A stretch of 64,000 nucleotides of DNA from an uncultured Chitinophagales bacterium (GCA_964490845.1 CAZBED010000004.1:587-64586); one strand, 5' to 3'; numbered from the stretch's first letter, positions 19,401 to 28,576 are shown. The notes: a model not told the origin generated them from the sequence alone. Program-made: numbers and translations.

Positions 19401-22400
19401 CAAACTCCGCCGCCCGAATTGTTGGTGCAAAAGTAGTGGATGACATCAGTTCAAATATGAATACCCCTTCTGCTCCAACTAATTATCTTAGCCGTTACTG
19501 GACCTTCTCTGAGAACGGAGCTGGAGGTAATTATAACTACTATATTAACCCAGCCGTAGCCATTACAGGTGCAGAAGATGAAGTTGGAACTGCAACGTCA
19601 ATTTTAGCAGCTTTTTGGAATGGATCAGATTGGACACAATCTACCGGTACATATTCCTCCGGCAATTTGACATCAACCAATACTGGTGTATCCGAAACGG
19701 CTGCGCCGTTAAATACAGTAGAATGGACAGGAAGAGATGGTTTAGCCCTTTGTTCCACTCCAACAGCCCAACCAACAAGTTTAGTATTATCCGGGGAGAC
19801 CACTACTTCTGTCAATGGTTCTTTTACAGTGGCATCGCCTGCACCGAGCGGATATCTGGTATTTAGGAGCACCAGTTCTACTGCACCGACACCTGTAGAC
19901 GGCACAAGCTATACGGCAGGTTCTGCATATACACTGGGTGGTATTTCCTACACTGCGGTGGCTACCAGCGGCAGCGGACCGATTACTTTTAGTGCAACCG
20001 GATTGACAGCGAATACTACCTATTATTTCTATGTATTTTCACTGAATAATGCTTCTTGTTCGGGCGGGCCCAAATACCTGGCTACATCGCCGCTAACGGG
20101 CAATACCAATACCTGTCCAGCTGCCCCGACGGCACTGGCGGTCACCGGCGGAACCATCACCTCCGGTGGAGCAACGATAACATGGACAGCCCCTGCCGGA
20201 GGCGCTGTATCGATGACGTATACAGTTCAATACCGTATCAATGGAGCGGGAGGCTGGACAACGGCGAGTACGAGTGCCACATCGCCGTATGCCATCACAG
20301 GCTTATCGGCCAGCACCACTTATGACGTACAGGTATTTGCCTCGAATGTGACGTGTTCGGGCAGTGCTGTGAGTACGAATAGCTTGTTTACAACAGCGTG
20401 TGCTCCTATTTCGTCTTTGCCCTGGAATGATGGTTTTGAAAGTTTATCATCATCAGGAACGAACAATTATCCGTCATGCTGGAAAGAAGAAAACGGAGAT
20501 TGGACTTCCGGTATTGCGAGTAGTCAGAGTTATAATGACCCCAGAACAGGGACTTACTATATTTATGATGTTTATACTGCTACGAATGAATTTATGTGGA
20601 CACCGGGATTTTCTTTAACCGCCGGAACCTCTTATGACTTTTCATTCTGGTTTGCAGGAGATGGTTACACCGGATGGACAGGAGATGTTTTTTATAACAC
20701 CAACCAGGTTTCAACGGGAGCAACTCAATTAGGTTCATCATTTATCACATCAGGAACTACCTCTACATCAACCTATGCGAATGTAAGCAGAACATTTGTA
20801 CCATCAGCAACAGGAACATATTATTTTGGAATAAGGATTAATGCAAATTCTACACCTTGGTACATCGGGTTTGATGATTTTAAACTGGAACTATCCCCCA
20901 ATCCATGCAGTAGCCCAACAGCTCAACCAACAAGTTTAACGTTATCGAATCAAACTGCCACATCAATAGATGGTTCTTTTACAGTGGCATCGCCTGCACC
21001 GAGCGGATATCTGGTATTTAGGAGCACCAGTTCTACTGCACCGACACCTGTAGACGGCACAAGCTATACGGCAGGTTCTGCATATACACTGGGTGGTATT
21101 TCCTACACTGCGGTGGCTACCAGCGGCAGCGGACCGATTACTTTTAGTGCAACCGGATTGACAGCGAATACTACCTATTATTTCTATGTATTTTCACTGA
21201 ATAATGCTTCTTGTTCGGGCGGGCCCAAATACCTGGCTACATCGCCGCTAACGGGCAATACCAATACCTGTCCAGCTGCCCCGACGGCACTGGCGGTCAC
21301 CGGCGGAACCATCACCTCCGGTGGAGCAACGATAACATGGACAGCCCCTGCCGGAGGCGCTGTATCGATGACGTATACAGTTCAATACCGTATCAATGGA
21401 GCGGGAGGCTGGACAACGGCGAGTACGAGTGCCACATCGCCGTATGCCATCACAGGCTTATCGGCCAGCACCACTTATGACGTACAGGTATTTGCCTCGA
21501 ATGTGACGTGTTCGGGCAGTGCTGTGAGTACGAATAGCTTGTTTACAACAGCGTGTGCAGCCGTATCTTCCCTGCCATGGACAGAAAATTTTGATGCCAT
21601 GGGTTCCATTGGTACCGGTGTATTTCCGGCTTGTTGGTCTGCCACTTTTTCGGCAGGTACACAGCCTTGGGCAAGCTCAACAGGAAACGGATATACTACA
21701 CCGCCAAGCTCACCGAATTATGCAACGGTATATTGGTCATCTTCCGCCGCCACCAAATATTTAATGACTCCTGGTTTTGCACTGACCGGCGGAACATCAT
21801 ATGATTTTAGTTTTGACTGGGCGGGAGATGGTTATGCCGGCTGGACTGGTGATGTCTTAACCAACACCAGCCAAAGTGGAACGGGTGCAAGCGTTTTAGG
21901 TACTTTTGTCTCATCAGGCACCACGACTACAACTACTTTTGTCAATAAACTTTTATCATTTACACCGGCATCCAGCGGAACTTATTATTTTCTTGTGAGG
22001 GTATTAAACAGTTCAGTTCCGTATTATTTAAGTTTTGATAATTTTAAAGTCGAGTTGTCCCCGACTTGTCAACCGCCGACAGCTTTATCAGCGAACCCGA
22101 TTAGTGAAACAGGTGCAACAATAAACTGGTCTGCTCCGGCTACAGGTTCAACTCCAGCCAGTTATGAAATTTATTACAGTACATCCAGTACAGCACCAAC
22201 AAGTGGCACGACTCCAACTATTAGTGGAATTACATTGTTGTCTCAGGCGCTAACAGGACTTTCTTCTTCACAACTTTACTATGTTTGGGTGAGAAGTAAT
22301 TGTGGGGCAACAACAAGCGCATGGGCGGCACTGCCTACGTTTACGACACGACCGGTCAATGATAATTGCAGCGGAGCTGTATCACTTACAATAAACTCGA

Positions 22401-25400
22401 ATACCACCTGTACGGCAACTACAAACGGTACAACTATAGCCGCATCTCAATCACAAAGTGGCTGCTCTGGGACAGCGGATGATGATGTATGGTATACTTT
22501 TACTGCTACCGCAACATCACATACAGTAACAGTTACACCAGGAACATTATCCAATGCCGTATTAGAAGTATTTAGCGGAACGTGCGGCGGTACCTTAACC
22601 AGTTTAGGATGCCAGAACAGTACAACGGGTACATCTGCGGAGGTTTTAACAGTAAGTGGGCTATCGGCAGGTACTACTTATTTTGTAAGAGTTTACAGCA
22701 ATGCTAACGGCTCCGGACAGGGAACCTTTACCGTATGTGTTACTACACCTTATGATCCTTGTGCATCTATAACGAACATTAGCAGTTGCGGAACTACTAT
22801 TTCTGCCTCGATACCTGCCGGAACCGGCGCCTATTCCAACTCTTCTTGCGGCTTCACGACCAGCGGTATTGAAAAGATATATACATTTACACCTGCATAT
22901 ACGGGAGCATATAATATACTGAACGTATCTTCCTACACATACATCGATTATCAGTATAAACCTGTTTCAGGCGGCTGTGGTAGTTCGGGATGGAATTGTA
23001 TTGATGATATCTCTGCTGCCAACACAACCTCACCTGCATTTAATCTGACAGGTGGCACACAGTACTATTTTTTACTTGACCCGGAAAGCATAGTAGCAGG
23101 TTCCGTTGATTTTAAAATTGTATGTGCACCAACCTGTATGCCTCCAAGCGGACTGACAACTGGAACAGTCTATACTAACAGTACCAGTATCAGATGGAAT
23201 ACACCTTCAGCAGGCAATGTTCCCGCCAGTTATGATTTATATTACAGTACATCTTCAACAGCACCGAATGGCAGCACTACTCCAACGATAGCTGCTATCA
23301 ATGATACCTTTCAATATGTTAATGGATTGGCTTCCAATACAACATATTACGTATGGGTGCGTAGCTTTTGTGGTGGAACAGATTACAGTTCCTGGGTGGC
23401 ATTACCCACCTTTACGACCAGCAACGTACCTGATGTCGAAGGAATTCCAATAGTATATTACGATTTTGAAGATAACAGCACCAGAACTACATATGAGAAT
23501 GTGGTGGAACAATCTGTAAATTCCGTTTCGTCATCAGCCTTAACGGTAGCATCCGGTACCGGTGCGATAAACAGAAATGGTGCCGGCCTTTCACAATATG
23601 CAAGCGGCGGTTATGTCGGTGTTTTGGATGGTAAATCATTTGCTATGTACGAAAGTTCATTTGGGGATACTTATGACCCCGGTGTGAATGCAACGAGGTA
23701 TGCGCAGTTTTCAGTAAATACAACCGGTTTCAGCGGATTGACTTTAACTTTTGATGTCCTGGCCAATGATACCTGGTATTCTCCTTATTATGGTATATTA
23801 TATAGTACAGACGGCACCAACTGGAATTTTGTTGCATCGTATGATACACCCGGATCGGGTAATAATTTACCATTTGACGATTATGACTGGCAGAAAGCAT
23901 TTATCAAATTGCCTGCTGATTGTGATGATCAGTCAAATCTGCGTATTAGAATTTATACCTATGACGCATGGGATAATACCACTTATGATCATTTGAGGTT
24001 TGATAACTTGACGGTTTTTGCAAAAACGACCAAACCCGGTATTTCTTTTACTTCATTGAACGAGACTGCCATTTATACTTCTGAAGTATCCAGCCCTACG
24101 GACTTATCCACTGTTTGGATAAGATATAATTATACGCTTACCGGCACAAATACCACTATGTACCTTGGTTCATTTACCTCCATTGATGGGAATGTTACAA
24201 TATCCAATGGTGCGACCTTGAATTTTTATAATCCTTCCACCAGTACAGCAACTTACCTTACCGGCGGTGATAACTTCACAATGGGAAGTGGTTGTACTCT
24301 TGGGATTACAAATTCTAATGGAATAACATTAGCAACAGCAACCGGTAATGTAAGAAAGGCCGGTACCAGAAGTTATAGCTCTGATGGAAATTACAATTAC
24401 ATCTATCCCGGAAATATGGTTACAGGAAATGGCCTCCCGGCATCCGTTACTAATCTGACGATTAATAAAACCAATACATCGGATAAAGTAACCCTGACAA
24501 ATTCGGTACAGGCAAAGAATACGTTGTATATGCTGAAGGGAAATGTCTATACCGGTGCTAATTTGTTAGAAGTAGGACAAAGTACAACAGCTTTAGGAAC
24601 ACTGAACTACACAAGAGGAACATCCGGTTATGTAGTAGGGAATATGCGTCGCTGGTTTAATGGAACCAATAGTGGTGATGCATCGGGATTATATCCTTTG
24701 GCACAAGAGGTATTGGGTTCTATAAAAAACCGTTTCTTTTTATTGGAATACACTGCTGCACCGTCAACGGGTGGTTCTCTGGACGTCTATTTTAATAACA
24801 ACAGGATGTGGTATTATGGTTTGCCGATAACGAATATCGTCACACCATCTTCTGCGGGTTGCCCGTCCGGTTCCACATTCGATGTGACCACAACAGCGGA
24901 TCAGGGATACTGGGTGGCTACGCCGGCAAATATCAACGGAGGTACATATACGCTGGCTATTACAGGTCAGGATATTGTTACTATTACAGAATTATGCCAG
25001 TTGTCTTTATTAAAACGGGTAGGAAATGGGCCGTGGACAGCCCCGGGTAATCAAATAGCACCGACAGGAACCATATCCATGCCTACATTATCCAGGTCAG
25101 GGTTAAGCGGATTCTCCAACTTTGGTTTTGGCGGCGGCAGCCCGAATCCGTTGCCAATAGAGTTATCTGCTTTTCATGTGAAATGCAGGAATGGCAGCGC
25201 CCTGATTAGCTGGACTACATTGAGTGAGGAAAACAGTAAAGAGTTTGTTGTGGAACGCTCCATTAATGGAATCACATTTGAGGCGATAGGGGTCATCCCG
25301 GCAGCAGGTTCATCCAATTCATTAAAAGAATACTCTATTACCGACAATTCAATCAGTACGTTGGTCAATTATTACCGATTGAAAATGGTGGATAATGATG

Positions 25401-25705
25401 GTGTGGTAAAATATTCTGCAATTGTTGAGTTAGATTGTGAGAATGGTATCAATGGATTTAATGTCTATTATACTCCGGATCAGGGTATTATTATTAAATC
25501 ACAATTATCAGAACAGGCGGAATATAATTTTGAACTGATAGATGTAGCCGGTAAAAAGATTCAATCTCTAAGCAAGCAGTTAGATGCGGGTATTTCAGTA
25601 TTCAATATGGATTTGAAGAAAGTACTGGCGGATGGTATCTATATGCTGCGTATCAATAAAAGTTCGGGCAGTGTCATAACCACAAAAAAATTATTGATTC
25701 ACTAA
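16418..25705 (+). CDS. giant (3095 aa) multidomain cell-surface adhesin-like protein with T9SS C-terminal sorting domain
   Basis: One uninterrupted ORF. In order: signal anchor (the likely true start is Met at 16475 or 16493); NIDO-like N-domain; several FN3 domains (..LNWTA.., ..INWSAP.., TYYVWVRS); about 700 aa of Thr/Ser/Gly-rich beta-helix-like repeats; 2 x 385-aa tandem unit; Cys-containing beta-sandwich domains; LPIEL-FN3-like module; C-terminal ELIDVAGKKI...DGIYMLRI sorting domain. Confidence 0.85.
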   Translation: MNRLYTVNNIFSLANPILMMKNLTFMRERIFSSFLPKHLSAVLFLMVLIIHFNTLSQSTANYTFASNNNGTLAADLNGNTVDMTSGTTALIAAGVDDGNNSNTLTNFNLGAGSTFEFWFMGNRYTQFNAGSNGMLQLGTAISTTAYNIPQSTNPVIAPFSSDLKTGSDGAVRAKVVGTAPNRCLVIEYLNMMLHYGTTTAAGTGTYQVRLYESTGLIEYVYGAMARNGNTPTTSTVTIGFSVNTTANNIISINTSSHTASTSATVTTNTYTASTTISNLNSASNGSRRFYMFTPKTVAAPTNLTFSSISGTGMTLNWTASSPTTNVLKYAVYYSTDGGATYTYVNTTNLGTNTLAVTGLTIGTTYDWKVVAVSEGAVSTALTGTQATSPPATYYWVGTATAEFNTAATWNTAANGSGSSRTSALSSDILIVDGAGTTAGAAITGGTINLAASVGQLKITSNTSFTLSSSSTTTRVITINGASGDDFVIENGSSLILTNAANAVGIAFSGTGNTGDISGTMTLGGSASNTVTTTGGTGTLVTVKSTGIVNLTSTAILLVGSTATLSFANSSNCNVSGATTGAPPVPLATWGTTSNLTISGLTSSTSPATNNVQSFGNFIYDCSGATGTMSWFTTSTTGVIKGDLTVKALSTGIFRLLTSGTLAVNGNIIVDGTGTTGAVDFMSGAGILTVGGSINVNNSSIVNFAKGTGGSISVTGNVTVSNSGVVNFGNASGASPVTISGNLNLNSNGTSSVALSSGVQTVNITGNFNQAAGSFQIGSGSGTGTLKVAGSFTGVSIVNPSSSTTGVIEFNGSASQSVTPGSTFTGTTNITVSNPAGIAITGTLPLNAGTTFTAAANGTAVTSGTVTYSTTTTLAYVTSLGTQTTGNEFPSSSGPVNLTINNTSATPNITLTGSRTVTGTLTITAGRLLLGNNDLTLASGGTQTISTPGISKMIVTNGTGLYKRAISTTASTSYLYPIGDITGTIQYSPVTLTFNSNSAARIVGAKVVDDISSNMNTPSAPTNYLSRYWTFSENGAGGNYNYYINPAVAITGAEDEVGTATSILAAFWNGSDWTQSTGTYSSGNLTSTNTGVSETAAPLNTVEWTGRDGLALCSTPTAQPTSLVLSGETTTSVNGSFTVASPAPSGYLVFRSTSSTAPTPVDGTSYTAGSAYTLGGISYTAVATSGSGPITFSATGLTANTTYYFYVFSLNNASCSGGPKYLATSPLTGNTNTCPAAPTALAVTGGTITSGGATITWTAPAGGAVSMTYTVQYRINGAGGWTTASTSATSPYAITGLSASTTYDVQVFASNVTCSGSAVSTNSLFTTACAPISSLPWNDGFESLSSSGTNNYPSCWKEENGDWTSGIASSQSYNDPRTGTYYIYDVYTATNEFMWTPGFSLTAGTSYDFSFWFAGDGYTGWTGDVFYNTNQVSTGATQLGSSFITSGTTSTSTYANVSRTFVPSATGTYYFGIRINANSTPWYIGFDDFKLELSPNPCSSPTAQPTSLTLSNQTATSIDGSFTVASPAPSGYLVFRSTSSTAPTPVDGTSYTAGSAYTLGGISYTAVATSGSGPITFSATGLTANTTYYFYVFSLNNASCSGGPKYLATSPLTGNTNTCPAAPTALAVTGGTITSGGATITWTAPAGGAVSMTYTVQYRINGAGGWTTASTSATSPYAITGLSASTTYDVQVFASNVTCSGSAVSTNSLFTTACAAVSSLPWTENFDAMGSIGTGVFPACWSATFSAGTQPWASSTGNGYTTPPSSPNYATVYWSSSAATKYLMTPGFALTGGTSYDFSFDWAGDGYAGWTGDVLTNTSQSGTGASVLGTFVSSGTTTTTTFVNKLLSFTPASSGTYYFLVRVLNSSVPYYLSFDNFKVELSPTCQPPTALSANPISETGATINWSAPATGSTPASYEIYYSTSSTAPTSGTTPTISGITLLSQALTGLSSSQLYYVWVRSNCGATTSAWAALPTFTTRPVNDNCSGAVSLTINSNTTCTATTNGTTIAASQSQSGCSGTADDDVWYTFTATATSHTVTVTPGTLSNAVLEVFSGTCGGTLTSLGCQNSTTGTSAEVLTVSGLSAGTTYFVRVYSNANGSGQGTFTVCVTTPYDPCASITNISSCGTTISASIPAGTGAYSNSSCGFTTSGIEKIYTFTPAYTGAYNILNVSSYTYIDYQYKPVSGGCGSSGWNCIDDISAANTTSPAFNLTGGTQYYFLLDPESIVAGSVDFKIVCAPTCMPPSGLTTGTVYTNSTSIRWNTPSAGNVPASYDLYYSTSSTAPNGSTTPTIAAINDTFQYVNGLASNTTYYVWVRSFCGGTDYSSWVALPTFTTSNVPDVEGIPIVYYDFEDNSTRTTYENVVEQSVNSVSSSALTVASGTGAINRNGAGLSQYASGGYVGVLDGKSFAMYESSFGDTYDPGVNATRYAQFSVNTTGFSGLTLTFDVLANDTWYSPYYGILYSTDGTNWNFVASYDTPGSGNNLPFDDYDWQKAFIKLPADCDDQSNLRIRIYTYDAWDNTTYDHLRFDNLTVFAKTTKPGISFTSLNETAIYTSEVSSPTDLSTVWIRYNYTLTGTNTTMYLGSFTSIDGNVTISNGATLNFYNPSTSTATYLTGGDNFTMGSGCTLGITNSNGITLATATGNVRKAGTRSYSSDGNYNYIYPGNMVTGNGLPASVTNLTINKTNTSDKVTLTNSVQAKNTLYMLKGNVYTGANLLEVGQSTTALGTLNYTRGTSGYVVGNMRRWFNGTNSGDASGLYPLAQEVLGSIKNRFFLLEYTAAPSTGGSLDVYFNNNRMWYYGLPITNIVTPSSAGCPSGSTFDVTTTADQGYWVATPANINGGTYTLAITGQDIVTITELCQLSLLKRVGNGPWTAPGNQIAPTGTISMPTLSRSGLSGFSNFGFGGGSPNPLPIELSAFHVKCRNGSALISWTTLSEENSKEFVVERSINGITFEAIGVIPAAGSSNSLKEYSITDNSISTLVNYYRLKMVDNDGVVKYSAIVELDCENGINGFNVYYTPDQGIIIKSQLSEQAEYNFELIDVAGKKIQSLSKQLDAGISVFNMDLKKVLADGIYMLRINKSSGSVITTKKLLIH
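19815..20403 (+). repeat. 589-bp core of tandem unit 1, 100% identical to 20970..21558
   Basis: Manual base-by-base comparison of the two stretches. Off-frame ORFs 20056..20325 and 21211..21480 in the track have identical translations. Confidence 0.95.
20970..21558 (+). repeat. 589-bp core of tandem unit 2, 100% identical to 19815..20403
   Basis: As for 19815..20403. Confidence 0.95.
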
Positions 25706-25729
25706 TTGATTATAAGTCAACAACCTGAT

Positions 25730-25763
25730 AAAAAATCCCTGAAATTATTCAGGGATTTTTTTT
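25730..25763. terminator. bidirectional rho-independent terminator between convergent genes
   Basis: A-run, then stem ATCCCTGAA (25735-25743), a 4-nt loop, stem TTCAGGGAT (25748-25756), then a T-run. Confidence 0.8.
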
Positions 25764-25764
25764 A

Positions 25765-26631
25765 TTACGCATATATTTTGTCCTTAAAAAAATCTTCCGC
25801 CAGATGGTAATCGTTTAATTTGGCAGGATGAAAATCTTTCTTAAAGAAATTAAAATAATCTTTGTACAAATCACTGTGTAAATCGTTCAGTAATCCGGTG
25901 GCAAATTCATAAAATTGTTTTGGCAATTCATTAGGCTTTAAATATTTTCTATCCTGATACATCAGGATTCCGGTTCCGGCAGACAGATAAAAATATAATA
26001 ATGCCGTTACAATTGGCATCATCACTACACGTTTGGCATATTCCTGTTCATCTACCTGTTGCATAACATCAAAAGCAACGTGTTTATGTTCGATTTCTTC
26101 CGCAGCATGCCACTGAAAGAGTTCTGCAATATCCTGAGGAACAGTTCCTTTATTGGTGTCAACGTGCATAAAAATAGCATGTCCGAATAAAGCAGTAAAA
26201 TGTTCGAGGCAAGATGTTGCAATTAAATCTACACTTTTATCTTTTAAGAAAGGTATTTTGATTTTTGCCACTAATTTATGTAAAACAGTATCAATATGGT
26301 TTTCATATCCTATAATATTATATCCGTTCTCATTCAGGATGTTCCAGAATCGTTCGTGCATGGAACTGTGTATGCCTTCCTGTCCGCAGAAATTTCTGAC
26401 TTGTTTTTGCAGTTTTTCATCTTTAATCTGATTTTTATATTTCAAAACAGAATTAACGAAAAATCGTTCCCCTGTTGGGAATACAATATGCAGCGCGTTG
26501 ATAAAGTGAGTGCTGAATGGATTGTTCTTGTAATAAAATCTGGGATTGTCTTTTTTGAATGCAAAATTTACTCTTCTTACTTTTATTTCTTCAGGATTAT
26601 AGGCAGTTTTACTTTTAATAGTGGTAGTCAT
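25765..26631 (-). CDS. predicted metal-dependent hydrolase family protein (PF10118-like) with two ExxH motifs; paralog A
   Basis: Motifs GQEGIHSSMH and WHAAEEIEHKH, a hydrophobic helix near the C-terminus, and FHP..L.DYHLAE at the C-terminus. Clear paralog of 30661..31518. The family name is from memory. Confidence 0.55.
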   Translation of the reverse strand: MTTTIKSKTAYNPEEIKVRRVNFAFKKDNPRFYYKNNPFSTHFINALHIVFPTGERFFVNSVLKYKNQIKDEKLQKQVRNFCGQEGIHSSMHERFWNILNENGYNIIGYENHIDTVLHKLVAKIKIPFLKDKSVDLIATSCLEHFTALFGHAIFMHVDTNKGTVPQDIAELFQWHAAEEIEHKHVAFDVMQQVDEQEYAKRVVMMPIVTALLYFYLSAGTGILMYQDRKYLKPNELPKQFYEFATGLLNDLHSDLYKDYFNFFKKDFHPAKLNDYHLAEDFFKDKIYA

Positions 26632-26647
26632 ATATTAATCGTTTTCC

Positions 26648-26655
26648 CAAACTTA
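26648..26655 (-). promoter_or_regulatory. candidate -7 box TAAGTTTG for hydrolase paralog A
   Basis: Exact consensus match on the minus strand, 16 nt before ATG 26631. Confidence 0.4.
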
Positions 26656-26765
26656 TATTATTCTGATTACACATGCACTTTTCATAAGATAATAACTGTT
26701 GAGAATAATTGATAAATGATAAATAATACTTTGTTTTTTCAATTGATTTAATTCTCAAAAGAAGC

Positions 26766-26773
26766 TAATTTTG
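26766..26773 (+). promoter_or_regulatory. candidate -7 box TAATTTTG, 8 nt before ATG 26782
   Basis: Exact consensus match. Confidence 0.4.
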
Positions 26774-26781
26774 TTTTAACT

Positions 26782-28566
26782 ATGAATAAACTCTACATCT
26801 CTTTTATACTATACTTATCTGTTGTCAGCATTTCCTTCGCTCAAAATGAATTCTACAACAACGGTTCAATTGTTTATATCAATGGGAGAGTAAATACCAG
26901 TATTCCCACTTTAAAAGTGAATGGTACGATTAACAATAATAACGGTACGATTACCAATAATGCCGGATTGATTGAATTAGCCGGTGACTGGGTAAACACT
27001 TCATCTTCCTATTATTATGTTTCAACCGGTATTGAACGCTTTACAGATACCTTTAACCAAACCATTTCAGGTAACTGGTCCGGGATAAGTGGAAATCAGA
27101 ATCAGTTTTATGATTTGAAAATAAATAAAACACAAGCAAGGGGCCAGACGGTATCCTTAACCTCTAATGTGCATATCAATGCAGCCGGAAGCCTGGCGTT
27201 TGAATCTTCTAATGGCATTATACGCACCGATAATGCCGGCCATTCAGACGATGGATCCGCCTATCCGTATTATTTGTATGTACAAAATCCAGACCCGACA
27301 AAAATGAGTGGTTATAACTGGACAGCCGTATCTGTCTTTAACAATGATGGAGGGGCAACCACAAAATACATTGAAGGCAAACTAAAACTGGCCGTCAGCA
27401 GTAACAATACCTATAAATTTCCTGTTGGTGTTGCACCCGCATCTTTAGACGGTATGGAGGGTGTATCAGTGAAATTCAATGATGTATTTACCACCACGGG
27501 ATTATTGGCCTATCTTCAGCCGGTTCCGGCAGGCAGGGCTTCATTTACCAGCGATTTAATTACGAATGGTCAGATTCTATTTTATGATATAGGCAGTTTG
27601 CCAGCGGTGTCTCCAAATAATCAGTTTAACAATTGTGTAGGTACACCGGACGGACATGACGATGTGGTGGTAATAGACAATGCAATACCCTACGAATGGA
27701 TACTGACACCCGACGCAGCTCCCTCTGCAGCATTTGATTTATCACTCCATCCAGGCCCTAATCTGGATAATATATCGTGGGTGCAGATGGGTGCGGCCTG
27801 TAACAGCATTTATAAAAAGACCAAATACACGGCAAATGCCGGAATAATTGGCGGCGATGAGGCTGTAGGTCCAACCTATAATTTTGATGTACCGGGAGTA
27901 TTGGGGCTCTATCAAAGGCCCAATGGCAATCAACTTTTCAGTCAAAACACTTTTTCCAGATTCAGGATTTTCGGAACTTCTTATGAGTATAATACTTCCT
28001 TGCCGATTGAATTAAAAGAACTAAAAGCGGAAGCAATCAATAATGAGTTTATAAAAGTGAACTGGTCAACGGCCAGTGAATTTAATAATAAGGGGTTTGT
28101 ATTGCTTCGAAGCACCAATGGAATTGATTTTGATTCTATAGCCTGGATAGGCGGTAATGGAACGACTAACAATCCGCATTCCTATCTTTTTGACGATTAT
28201 AATGTGCAAAAAGGAATAGTCTATTATTACCGTTTAAAAGAAATAGATTATTTCGGAGCGTTTGCATATAGTCCGGTTGTTTCTGCAAAATTAATATTAA
28301 CTAATCTTGAATCCATACAGCTTTATCCAAATCCATCTTCCGGAAATGCAACATTACAAATTATTTCTCCTGTTGATGATACCTATACTTTAGAAATTTT
28401 TAATAGTATCGGACAAAGTATGTTACGCAAACAAATAATGACAAAAGCAGGTATCATTAATACTACAAATTTGGCATCTACTGGCTGGTCAAAGGGCATG
28501 TATATCGTAAAAGCCCAGTCTCAATTAAAGAAAGAAATAAAAGGAATAAGATTCATTAAAGAATAA
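26782..28566 (+). CDS. secreted T9SS cargo protein, resembles the C-terminal module of the giant adhesin
   Basis: Signal peptide; LPIELKELKAE..VNWSTASEFNNKGFVLLRS FN3-like module; C-terminal LYPNPSSGNATL...IFNSIGQ...GMYIVKA sorting domain. Confidence 0.7.
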   Translation: MNKLYISFILYLSVVSISFAQNEFYNNGSIVYINGRVNTSIPTLKVNGTINNNNGTITNNAGLIELAGDWVNTSSSYYYVSTGIERFTDTFNQTISGNWSGISGNQNQFYDLKINKTQARGQTVSLTSNVHINAAGSLAFESSNGIIRTDNAGHSDDGSAYPYYLYVQNPDPTKMSGYNWTAVSVFNNDGGATTKYIEGKLKLAVSSNNTYKFPVGVAPASLDGMEGVSVKFNDVFTTTGLLAYLQPVPAGRASFTSDLITNGQILFYDIGSLPAVSPNNQFNNCVGTPDGHDDVVVIDNAIPYEWILTPDAAPSAAFDLSLHPGPNLDNISWVQMGAACNSIYKKTKYTANAGIIGGDEAVGPTYNFDVPGVLGLYQRPNGNQLFSQNTFSRFRIFGTSYEYNTSLPIELKELKAEAINNEFIKVNWSTASEFNNKGFVLLRSTNGIDFDSIAWIGGNGTTNNPHSYLFDDYNVQKGIVYYYRLKEIDYFGAFAYSPVVSAKLILTNLESIQLYPNPSSGNATLQIISPVDDTYTLEIFNSIGQSMLRKQIMTKAGIINTTNLASTGWSKGMYIVKAQSQLKKEIKGIRFIKE

Positions 28567-28576
28567 AATACAATAT

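Larger units (their letters stand above)
19751..22066 (+). repeat. tandem duplication, 2 x 1155 bp (385 aa), inside the giant gene
   Basis: Unit 1 starts at TGT 19751 (CSTPTAQPTSL) and unit 2 at TGC 20906 (CSSPTAQPTSL). The offset is exactly 1155 bp. Confidence 0.95.

Noticed and set aside
17596-19905. Long antisense ORFs inside the giant adhesin gene (17596..18228, 18271..18603, 19039..19302, 19540..19905) and sense-strand off-frame ORFs (20056..20325 and 21211..21480, plus 20400..20618, 21555..21764)
   Set aside because: They lie entirely within one long, domain-rich ORF. Their translations are low-complexity (Val/Pro-rich), as expected from reading Thr/Ser/Gly/Ala-rich codons in another frame. 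The identical pair simply reflects the 589-bp repeat. None has independent start-site or motif support.
26701-26760. Possible dyad GAGAAT...ATTCTC with internal AATTGAT direct repeats in the divergent region upstream of 26782
   Set aside because: Only 6-7 bp elements in very AT-rich sequence, which cannot be distinguished from chance.
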